Assembly (NCBI GenBank): GCA_963704755.1
Contig: OY969938.1
Location: 1,560,001 to 1,592,000, forward strand
Source of the DNA: an uncultured Chloroflexia bacterium
Lineage (GTDB): Bacteria; Chloroflexota; Anaerolineae; Anaerolineales; Anaerolineaceae
Direction of reading: 5' to 3'
Length of the DNA stretch: 32,000 bases
The position numbers and the translations under genes are program-made. Shown in pieces: positions 1 to 7,800 of the stretch. Within the stretch, counting starts at the first letter, position 1. Each line of letters opens with the position of its first letter. The notes beneath the pieces were generated by a model. That model saw only the letters and a list, made by a program, of their open reading frames with translations. It searched no databases and was not told where the DNA came from.

Positions 1-21
1 CAATTTGTTCTACGCAACGGC

Positions 22-235
22 TCAGCCTATCCGGTAATAGCCGGCTACCGCCTCGAAGGCCTTTTTGGGGTCCCAGGGCAGGCCGGAGTAAGTCGTTCCC
101 ATGCGATCAACGTAATTCTTCACCAGCCCATAGTTAGCCATATCCAGGTCATAACGGGGATCAGGGTTGTATGGCTGCGCCGGTGTTGTAAAGGTGAACA
201 CGAAGGCCCCTTCGGCCCCGGCTGAAATCGACAAT
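22..235 (-). pseudogene. Displaced C-terminal segment of the 161..1030 hydrolase gene, read in the +1 frame
   Basis: The frame of ORF 22..372 encodes '...SAGAEGAFVFTFTTPAQPYNPDPRYDLDMANYGLVKNYVDRMGTTYSGLPWDPKKAFEAVAGYYRIG'. This is protein-like and joins naturally after '...EIADMLRIVD' of the upstream frame if one nucleotide near 225-235 is skipped. Confidence 0.45.
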
Positions 236-1030
236 CCGCAGCATGTCAGCGATTTCGCTGGCCTGCACCGTTTCGTCGCGGACCAGGTCAACATTGAGCC
301 GGGGTGGATTAGCATTCGCGTCCACCACCATCCAGCCGCGGCCGCCCTGGTCTTCGGCGCCTTGGTAGGCACAGCAGCCCAACTCGGTGATCACCAGCGG
401 TTTGCCGAATTCACAGTAACGCTGCGCGGTCTCGCCATACCGGTCTTTGTTGCGGGCCTCGCGGTAATGATCCAACCCAACATAATCGAAGGGGTTCCAA
501 TCCACTTTCTCCAGCGGGATAGAGGCATAAGTCAGCGGCCCGTGGAAATAGCGCCGGATTTCGGCCGTCGCCTGTGCCAGGAAATCGTTCAACGGTTGGT
601 TATGCTCGCCCCGGCGCATCCGCTCCCAGTTCGACTGGTTCCCCAGCCGCTCGAGAATGTTGGTGCCTTCCAGAATACCGTTTAAAAACAAGGTGTACTC
701 GCAGCCGGCCACAAAGACCACTTCCGCCGATTTCTGGCGCAGGTTTTCGGCTGCCTGGGCACACTCCGCCAGGTAAGGCAGGGTTTCCTGCGCCGTGGCA
801 TCCACATATTTCGGTAAAAGCCAGACCTGCAAGCCCTGCTCCAGGGCGCATTCGGCCGCAAACATCATCCGCTCCGGATCATGGCCATTCAAGCGGATCG
901 CGTTACAGTTCAAGTCGTTTTTGATGATCTCGATTTCGCGCCTGACCTCTGCCTGCACAAACACCGGCCGGGAATCGATCCCTTGCAGGTAAGAAACGCC
1001 GAAATCGTAGTCCACGCCTTTAATCTTCAT
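161..1030 (-). CDS. Clan GH-A-like (TIM-barrel, GH5-like) glycoside hydrolase family protein; 3' end appears to be out of frame
   Basis: 289-aa ORF. AAGGAG lies 8 nt upstream of the ATG at 1030. 'VAGCEYTLF' and 'LVITELGC' resemble the acid/base and nucleophile Glu strands of clan GH-A enzymes. The last ~25 residues of this frame look like non-native read-through. Confidence 0.6.
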   Translation of the reverse strand: MKIKGVDYDFGVSYLQGIDSRPVFVQAEVRREIEIIKNDLNCNAIRLNGHDPERMMFAAECALEQGLQVWLLPKYVDATAQETLPYLAECAQAAENLRQKSAEVVFVAGCEYTLFLNGILEGTNILERLGNQSNWERMRRGEHNQPLNDFLAQATAEIRRYFHGPLTYASIPLEKVDWNPFDYVGLDHYREARNKDRYGETAQRYCEFGKPLVITELGCCAYQGAEDQGGRGWMVVDANANPPRLNVDLVRDETVQASEIADMLRIVDFSRGRRGLRVHLYNTGAAIQP

Positions 1031-1133
1031 GTAATAAGCTCCTTTGAAAACGCGCTAGATTTTCAACTGACTCGGTTGCCGGCAGGGAAAACACCTGCCG
1101 GCAAGAGCAGCCAAAAATTCTTCGTCGCAGAAG

Positions 1134-1168
1134 ATCATACGGCGGACATATAAACTGAATTTAAACAA
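1134..1168 (-). promoter_or_regulatory. Candidate response-regulator box (GTTTA-N6-GTTTA) plus -10 TATGAT for the hydrolase gene
   Basis: The minus strand reads TTGTTTAaATTCAGTTTAT-N10-TATGAT. The box is at 1150-1168 and the -10 at 1134-1139. The same architecture occurs at 3216-3250. Confidence 0.45.
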
Positions 1169-1176
1169 ATTGTTGG

Positions 1177-1226
1177 AAAGAAACCCGAATTTGAGGTGTC
1201 ATGACACCTCAAATTCGGGTTTCTTT
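1177..1226 (-). terminator. Perfect 50-nt palindrome (25-nt arms) at the 3' end of the histidine kinase gene
   Basis: aaagaaacccgaatttgaggtgtca / tgacacctcaaattcgggtttcttt. It overlaps the HK stop codon at 1225-1227. Confidence 0.6.
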
Positions 1227-2295
1227 ACTTATTGGCGGGTTCCAGCGGCAGCGAGACGATGAACATGGCCCCCGCACCCGGCCGGCTTTCGACCGCGATG
1301 GTGCCCTGGTGCATCTCGATTATCTTTTGGGCAATCGAAAGGCCCAGGCCGCTGCCCTCTTTCGAGCGGGTGCGCGATTTGTCGGCTTTATAGAAACGTT
1401 CGAAGATGCGCGCCTGGTCCTCTTCGGCAATGCCGACCCCGCTGTCTTCGATCCTGAATTCCACCCGGCTGCCGTCGCGCTCCAGGCTCACGCTGATCTT
1501 TCCCCCTTCGGGCGTGAACTTGATGCTGTTATGGATCAGGTTATTCCATACCTGGCTGAGCAAATCTTCATCGGCGGTAATGCTGACCTCGTCCAGAGCA
1601 GCATCCATCTCGATTTGTTTGCCTTCCCACTGGGGCTCGCTGGCCAGAATCAGGCTGCGGATTTGCTTATCCAGACGGTAGGGTTTGGGTTCGAATTTCA
1701 CGTGATCTGATTCCAGCGAGGCCAGTTTGAGCAGGTTCTCGGTGATCCGCGACAGGCGCGTGCTCTCTTCTTCGATCACCCGCAGGTAATGCTCCCGTTC
1801 CTCGGGATTAACCCGCTCGTTTTGCAGCGCCTGGGCGAACCCGCGGATCGAGGTCAGCGGGGACTGGATCTCGTGGGACACGTTCGAGATGAATTCCTGG
1901 CGCATTTTCTCCATCTCGCTCAATTCCATGGCCATATTGTTGACGGTGGAAACCAACTGGCCAAACGGCTCGTTCTCCCGAAAGTTATCCTCTACATGGA
2001 CAGAAAAGTCGCCTTTGGCGATGCGTTCCAACGCATCCATGATCGGCCCCAACGGCCCACGCTGCTGGCCCCAGCCCCTCTTTTGCGCTCGAATTGAAAA
2101 TCCCGCCGCGATCAGGAAGAAAAAAATAAAGGTCAGGGCCGTGTTGATCAACTGGACGAACAAAACCCCTGGAACCATGTTGAACCATCGATAGATCAAA
2201 CTTGTCAGGGTATAGGCCGCCACAGCCAAGGCCAACAGAAAAACAAAAACCCCGAATATCCCGGCAGCGATCCGCCACTTCGAGACAGGTCTCAC
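1225..2295 (-). CDS. Sensor histidine kinase (two TM helices with ~8-residue loop, HAMP, HisKA, HATPase_c)
   Basis: H-box 'SHEIQSPLTSIRGF', N-box 'WNNLIHNSIKFTP', G-boxes 'DSGVGI' and 'GSGLGLSIA'. TM1 is roughly residues 9-35 and TM2 roughly 44-68, leaving almost no external loop. The GTG start overlaps the regulator stop (GTGA at 2292-2295). Confidence 0.9.
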   Translation of the reverse strand: MRPVSKWRIAAGIFGVFVFLLALAVAAYTLTSLIYRWFNMVPGVLFVQLINTALTFIFFFLIAAGFSIRAQKRGWGQQRGPLGPIMDALERIAKGDFSVHVEDNFRENEPFGQLVSTVNNMAMELSEMEKMRQEFISNVSHEIQSPLTSIRGFAQALQNERVNPEEREHYLRVIEEESTRLSRITENLLKLASLESDHVKFEPKPYRLDKQIRSLILASEPQWEGKQIEMDAALDEVSITADEDLLSQVWNNLIHNSIKFTPEGGKISVSLERDGSRVEFRIEDSGVGIAEEDQARIFERFYKADKSRTRSKEGSGLGLSIAQKIIEMHQGTIAVESRPGAGAMFIVSLPLEPANK

Positions 2296-2966
2296 GCGAT
2301 CACCTCCAGGCGATAGCCCAGCCCGCGGATGGTGCGAATGTGAAAGGTGTGCTGCCCTTCGGGAAAGCGCTCGCGCAGGCGGTTGATATGCACGTCCAGG
2401 GTGCGCTCGTTGCCCTCGAAATCGTAGCCCCAGATATCCTCGATCAGAGATTCGCGCGAAAAGGTTTTGCCCGGGTAGCTGGCCAGCTTGAAGAGCAGCT
2501 CGAATTCCTTCAAGGGCAGGGTCAGGCTCTCGCCCTGGACGGTGACCTCGAATGTTTTGCGATCCATGCTCAAATCACCTACCTGCACCTGCTGGGTAGT
2601 GGCAATTCGATAGCGCTTCAACAAAGCCTTCACCCGCGCGACCAGTTCCAGCGGCTCGAAGGGCTTTACCAGGTAATCATCGGTGCCCAACTCGAAGCCC
2701 TTGATCTTTTGGCTGGTTTCGCCTTTGGCCGTTAGCATCAATAGGGGAAAATCGTAGAACTCGCGCAACTGGCGGCACAACTCCCAGCCGTCCATGTTGG
2801 GCATCATGATATCCAGGATGACCAGGTCCACCCGGATCAATTCCAGCCTGGCCAGAGCTTCTACCCCATCTGCAGCCTCGATTATTTCAAATCCTTCATC
2901 CTTCAAGAAAATCCCGGCCAACTCCCGAATGTGCGGGTCATCGTCCACGATCATAATTCTGCTCAT
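2292..2966 (-). CDS. OmpR/PhoB-family response regulator (receiver plus winged-helix DNA-binding domain)
   Basis: Receiver motifs 'IMIVDDDP', 'LVILDIMMPNMDG' and 'MLTAKG'. The C-terminal trans_reg_C pattern is 'LTLPLKEFELLFKLASYPGKTFSRESLIEDIWGYDFEGNERTLDVHINRLRERF...IRTIRGLGYRLE'. There is a 4-nt overlap with the kinase gene. Confidence 0.92.
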   Translation of the reverse strand: MSRIMIVDDDPHIRELAGIFLKDEGFEIIEAADGVEALARLELIRVDLVILDIMMPNMDGWELCRQLREFYDFPLLMLTAKGETSQKIKGFELGTDDYLVKPFEPLELVARVKALLKRYRIATTQQVQVGDLSMDRKTFEVTVQGESLTLPLKEFELLFKLASYPGKTFSRESLIEDIWGYDFEGNERTLDVHINRLRERFPEGQHTFHIRTIRGLGYRLEVIA

Positions 2967-3009
2967 CGAATAAATCTATCCTCTTTTACTCTGCTGGATC
3001 TCTTTCTTC

Positions 3010-3049
3010 GCCCCTCTCCCGTTTCTGGGAGAGGGGTTGGGGTGAAGGC
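3010..3049 (+). repeat. REP-like 40-nt hairpin element, copy 1
   Basis: gcccctctcccgtttctgggagaggggttggggtgaaggc. The 10-bp stem is 3011-3020 / 3027-3036. It matches the reverse complement of 23057-23096 at 39/40 positions. Confidence 0.8.
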
Positions 3050-3215
3050 TTACGCGGCAATCGCTTTTTTGTAGCTGTTCAAGGAATCCCCGTAAGGCTG
3101 ATCAGTTATTTTTATATTTATAACACGCCCCAATCGCCCACGGTTTACCCTATTTCTCCCGCTCCAACTGCACTCTGTATAACCAACGCAACCTTTTCAA
3201 GCAACTCATTTTTCC

Positions 3216-3250
3216 AGCATACAGCAATTCCATAAACTGAATGTAAACAA
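3216..3250 (-). promoter_or_regulatory. Candidate response-regulator box (GTTTA-N6-GTTTA) plus -10 TATGCT for the regulator/kinase operon
   Basis: The minus strand reads TTGTTTAcATTCAGTTTAT-N10-TATGCT. The box is at 3232-3250 and the -10 at 3216-3221. The box is 18/19 identical to 1150-1168 and the spacing to the -10 is the same. Confidence 0.45.
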
Positions 3251-3368
3251 TTGGCTCAATGGGAATCGCCGTGGTGAGGACCCTTATTTGCGAAAGGCTC
3301 TTTCTGAAACCCTTTCAACAGGCTTAACGTTCACCATGACAAACCTTTTCTTGAGAAATCCATGCCTG

Positions 3369-3522
3369 CGTTGGCAGGGCGATTGCAACCTGCCTGCTTT
3401 TCGAGGGCAATTCCCCAAAGAATGGGGGTTTGAGTGTTATTGGGGGGCTACGTCCCACAATAACACTCAAAATTATCTCTCTGTTGGGACTAAATTGGCC
3501 TGATGCGATTGCCCTGCCTGCG
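3369..3522 (+). other. Nested inverted-repeat element (candidate structured RNA or MITE-like element)
   Basis: The outer 18-bp stem pairs 3369-3386 with 3505-3522 (14 Watson-Crick pairs, 3 G-U, 1 mismatch, read as plus-strand RNA). The inner hairpin pairs 3430-3442 with 3458-3470 (13 bp perfect, extendable). A small hairpin cccca/tgggg lies at about 3413-3427. Confidence 0.35.
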
Positions 3523-3621
3523 TAGGGCTCAACCCGATGCAGGCCGGAACATATACTGGTAAAATTCAACCAGCGCTGGCGGTCCGTTCTCGGCCCGGCA
3601 GCGTTTTAGGAGGCAATACAG

Positions 3622-4698
3622 TTGAACAATAGAACCCTGCCACTATTACACGTTTCCGGGAGCCACCGAGAAATCGGCCGCGCTATCGGAGAATCATTAC
3701 GCGTAAACGTCAGTCACTCCATCGAGAACGCGCGGAAATTGTTATCGGATGCCTACGATACACTCCAGCTCGACTGGGATGGCGCCTTGATCCAGGCGCG
3801 TAAATACGTCCCCTTTGCCGAAGAGCGTTACCCGCAGTATGTCGAGGAAATGCGCGGAATTGCCGAGGGAGCCAACGTCAGCATCGACGATGTCGCCATG
3901 GTGAATGCCATGGAGGCCGTGACTTCCGATGCCATCCACCTGACCAAATGTACCAGCCTGGCCGTCAATCAGGAGCGCACCGCCAACGGGCACGTCCTGG
4001 TGGCGCACAACGAGGACTGGGTGCCCGAAGACGAACCGGATGTGTACATTCTGGATGCTCGCCCGGACGACGAACCGCCCTTTCTAGCCATGAGCTATGG
4101 CGCCTTGCTGCCCAATATCGGCATCAATTCCTTCGGAATTGCCCAATGCTGCGACTCGGTTTACCCAACCGACAGCCGTATCGGTATCCCGCGCGTGATT
4201 GTTTCGCGGGCCGTCCTGGCTGCCCACACCATCAGCGATGCCATCCGCTGTATGCTGGTGCCCCAGCGGGCAGCCGGCTATAACCACCTGCTGGCCCACG
4301 AAAGCGGCGAAATTTATTCGGTAGAAGTCTCGGCCCGCCAGTTCGCCATCCAATATGCCGAAACCGGCAGCATGGTCCACACCAATCACTTCCTGGACGC
4401 GACCATGCGCAAGATCGAGAGCGAGCCGGACGAGCTGGTCAGCACGCGGGTGCGCTATTACCGGGCCGTGCGCCTGCTCAATCTGACCGAAAAACACAGC
4501 ATCAAAACCTTACAGGCCATCCAGAAGGACCACATCAACGAGCCCAATTCGATCTGCAACCATGCCATTGACGGCAACCCCCTCGACCGGGAAAAGACGG
4601 TCGTGGCCCTGACCATCGACCTGACTACCCGCCAGATGCATGCCTGCTGGGGCAACCCCTGCCAGAATATTTTTAGCACCTATCAGCTCGACGCTTAG
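3622..4698 (+). CDS. Peptidase C45 / acyl-CoA:6-aminopenicillanic-acid acyltransferase-like Ntn hydrolase
   Basis: 358-aa ORF with a TTG start 8 nt after AGGAGG (3608-3613). 'LLHVSGSHREIGRAIGE' and 'YPQYVEEMRGIAEGANVSIDDV' fit the family. The candidate nucleophile is Cys110 in 'LTKCTSLAV', followed by 'VLVAHNEDW'. Confidence 0.72.
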   Translation: MNNRTLPLLHVSGSHREIGRAIGESLRVNVSHSIENARKLLSDAYDTLQLDWDGALIQARKYVPFAEERYPQYVEEMRGIAEGANVSIDDVAMVNAMEAVTSDAIHLTKCTSLAVNQERTANGHVLVAHNEDWVPEDEPDVYILDARPDDEPPFLAMSYGALLPNIGINSFGIAQCCDSVYPTDSRIGIPRVIVSRAVLAAHTISDAIRCMLVPQRAAGYNHLLAHESGEIYSVEVSARQFAIQYAETGSMVHTNHFLDATMRKIESEPDELVSTRVRYYRAVRLLNLTEKHSIKTLQAIQKDHINEPNSICNHAIDGNPLDREKTVVALTIDLTTRQMHACWGNPCQNIFSTYQLDA

Positions 4699-4747
4699 TC
4701 GGCTTACCTTCGTTTTCCAACAACTATCAGCCTATCGGATAAGAAAA

Positions 4748-4800
4748 CCGAATTTGAGGTTTAAGCTGGGGCTTCACCCCAGCTTAAACCTCAAATTCGG
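4748..4800 (+). terminator. 24-bp perfect hairpin between convergent genes, followed by a T-run
   Basis: ccgaatttgaggtttaagctgggg-cttca-ccccagcttaaacctcaaattcgg, then aaactttttt. It shares the 13-nt core ccgaatttgaggt with the hairpin at 1177-1226. Confidence 0.7.
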
Positions 4801-4836
4801 AAACTTTTTTAAAGAAATCTTGAGTTGTTGCGTTTT

Positions 4837-7800
4837 CTACTCAAATAAAGAGTGCGGGCCAGGCCCGCACTCTTTATTTGAGTTATTGCTATTGCCCATC
4901 CGCTGCTTAACCTCGAACATCGCGCCTGCACTGCGGCCTTCGACGTCGGGGAAATAGTACTGGTAGGCCCGGGCAGGTAGTACGTGGAATTGTCCGGCCT
5001 GATCGGGGGTCAGGCGATAGGTTAACACATAAGTTCCGGCCGGCACGTAGCTGGCCACCCAGCGGATGTGGTCACTGTAGATACCAGGATCGTTGAAATA
5101 CCACCAGCCCCAACCGTCACCCAGGGGCTGCTCGGGATCGTATTGCGGGGTAGCGGTATCGCCGGTCCCAACCTGGGCGGTATTCAACTGGGTGTTGACG
5201 ATCTCCGTCCCGGCCGGGATGTTATCTTCCACCACCAGGTAATACATATCTTCAGGAACCGTCACCGTCAGGCGCACGTTGACGACCGGGTTTTTGTCGC
5301 TGAGACTGACGCTGCTCACCGCCGGGCAATCTTCGCCAGAGCAATCCGGACTGGCCAGGGCATATTCCCGGCTGATCGTCAGGCCGCGGTCGAGCGGCTG
5401 GATCGATTCGACCGGCTGGCCAACTTGCAGGTAAGCCTGGTAATACAGGCGCCCATTTCCGGCCGCCCGTTGGAAGTCGAGGGTGTTGCCGCTCTGGGCC
5501 AACTGCGCCAGGGGTACGCTGGCCTGCACCGGGTTAAGTGAATTCACACCCTGGGCCTGCCCGTTGGCCAGAACTTGCCCATTCAGGCTGGCCGAATAAT
5601 CGAAGTCAGCCTGGAGTTCACCAGTCGCCAATACGGCTTTGGTTAATGCGCCCAGGATCCAGCCGGTATCCAGGCTGGAATCCCAACCGCCGTTTTCCTG
5701 GCGGCTGGCCATCACGTAGCGGACCGCGTCAGCCATCTCCGGTGCGGCCGGGTCGATTTCAGCCATGGCATAGACCACCATCGCCGTATTCGAAAGCGGG
5801 GTAGAGAAATTCTGCTGATCGCTTTCCTGGTTCTGCCAGTGAGCGCCGGTAGCACTGCGGATGGCACTGGAAGAAAGGTCGGAAAGGATGGTCTTAGAAA
5901 CGTCCGGCTGCGAATCGTGCAGCGTCAGGGCCAATAACGCCTGCCCCCAGGGGTCCAGCTTGCTGCGCAGGTCGACCAGGGCCTGGGGCAGGTCTTGACC
6001 GGCGTTGACCTGGTCGAGCGCGTAGTAGGCGAAAGCCAATTGGTCCAACTGGGCAGCGTCGCTGCTCGTATCGGGAGTGACCAGGTCCGCCTGTACCGCG
6101 GAAATGGCGTTGGACATCATAGTCGAATCGATGAAGAACCCGTCCGCCGAAGCGCGGGCAACCACAACCAGCGCGTATGAGGTGAGATACAGGTCGCTCT
6201 TTGCGGAAGTGGACCAACCCCAACCGCCATCCATACCTTGCAGTTCGGTCATCCGGTCGAGATCGTTACGAATGGCCGCTTGCAGGCGAGTTTCCAGGTC
6301 AGGCGACTGCAGAGGTACCTGGTTGACCAGGTCGTAAGCCGAAAGGTTGGCCTGCAGCCGTGAGAAAACCGGTTCAGTGAACTCGGTTGGAGCCGAATCG
6401 AGTGTATCCAGCCCGGAAAGAATCGCGCCGGCCAGGCTGGGGGACATTTCGATGTCCAGTTTGCCGCCGGTCGGTGTGTACGAACGCGGCAGGCTGACAA
6501 TCTCGGTGTAATCCCCGGCGTCGGTCAAAACGCCAGAGGTACCGAAGGACTGCGGCGAGGCATAACTCAAGATGGGAATGTCGCCCTGGGTGGGTGTGGA
6601 GGAATCGGACAGGCTCCCGGCCGTTGCCGAAAAGACCAGCGAGGCCGAGTCTGCGCCGCTCACGTCCACCCACCAGTTGACCCGCTGTCGCCCGCTGGCA
6701 GCCACCTGGACCACCTGGGTAGCCTGGGAGGAATCTTCCAACTGGACCCCGGCAGCCTGGATGCCCACCGTGACACTCAACGGGTTGGCCGAATTGTTGT
6801 TGACCACCGCACCTAACTGGACCCGGTCGCCGGCCACCAGGAACTGGGGCGCCACCGGACGGACGATCAGGCTCTTGGTAACGGTCAGCTCAGTTTTGGC
6901 CTGGCCGACCAGCGCATCGCGGGTCAGCCCGCGAACAGTGACCACCCAGGTGGTCAGGTTATCCGGCAAGGGAAACTGGATGGTCGCCTTGCCGCTCGCG
7001 TCGGTCTCGAACGAGCCGTTCCAGTAAGCGGTATCCTCGAAATTCTGGCGCAGGCCGGGTGAAGTTACGATTGGCGCACCGCCTCCACCGCCCCCGCCTA
7101 ATCCTGGTGGTTGGGCCACCAACCGGCCAATAGACGCCGCTAAGGACGTGCTGGTGGACACACTCAAGGACTGTTCCCCATAGAATGCATCGCGGATGTC
7201 CTTGGCGTTGTCATCCGCCAGGGCATAGATGGCTTTATCCACGGCGGCGAAACTGAACTCGCCCTGCACCGGGTTACCCAGCGGGTCTTTCACTTGAATA
7301 TCGAAGCTGGCATTCTGGCCGGGCTGCATTGGGTCGGAGGCGGGGGTAACACTGACTTGCAGTTCCAGGAAAGATGGATCCACATTCAATTCCACATAAC
7401 CCTGGCGGAAATCCGGTGTACCCGCGTCGGACATCCCTAAAAGGGTAACCGAAACAAACACGTTGGGGGCATCTTCATTCTGGATCGGGACTGCCAACGG
7501 GTAGTTGCTTCCGCTGATGGTGATGACCTGACTGCGCAGAACTTCCCCCCGCTCGATGGTAACCAGAGCCAGCGCCGAACCGCTGAACGGGTTCGGCAGG
7601 AAAATCTGAGCGGTCTGGCCGACCTGGTATTGCTGTTGGTCAGCCTCCAGTTCAAGGTGCTGGTCCGGCAAGGCCGGCCAGGGTGCACTGCCGGGTCCGC
7701 TAACCCACAGCAGGTCCTGAGTTAAGGCCCCATTGCCACTGATTTGCAAGCGATAGATGCCCGGATCGGGAGGTGTGAACTCCAGGTTGGCGCGGCCATC

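Noticed and set aside
167-685. 172-aa plus-strand ORF, along with similar long antisense ORFs at 1201..1710, 2202..2735, 8167..8991, 17701..18600 and 23768..24493
   Set aside because: Each lies fully antisense to a gene with strong family motifs. Their translations are Arg/Gly/Ala/Pro-rich with no recognisable motifs, as expected for open antisense frames in GC-rich DNA.
3027-3049. G-tracts (gggagaggggttggggtgaagg) as a possible G-quadruplex
   Set aside because: Only three runs of three or more G are present. The first run is already engaged in the 10-bp REP hairpin stem.
3288-3569. ORFs 3288..3503 (+) and 3324..3569 (-) in the divergent intergenic region
   Set aside because: Neither has an SD. 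Both run straight through the nested inverted repeats, and their sequences are not protein-like. The region is better explained as a structured or repeat element.
4640-4957. 105-aa plus-strand ORF spanning the two hairpins after the C45 gene
   Set aside because: It is made of terminator palindromes and the antisense of the A2M 3' end. The shared peptide 'NKECGPGPHSLFE' is a by-product of palindrome symmetry.
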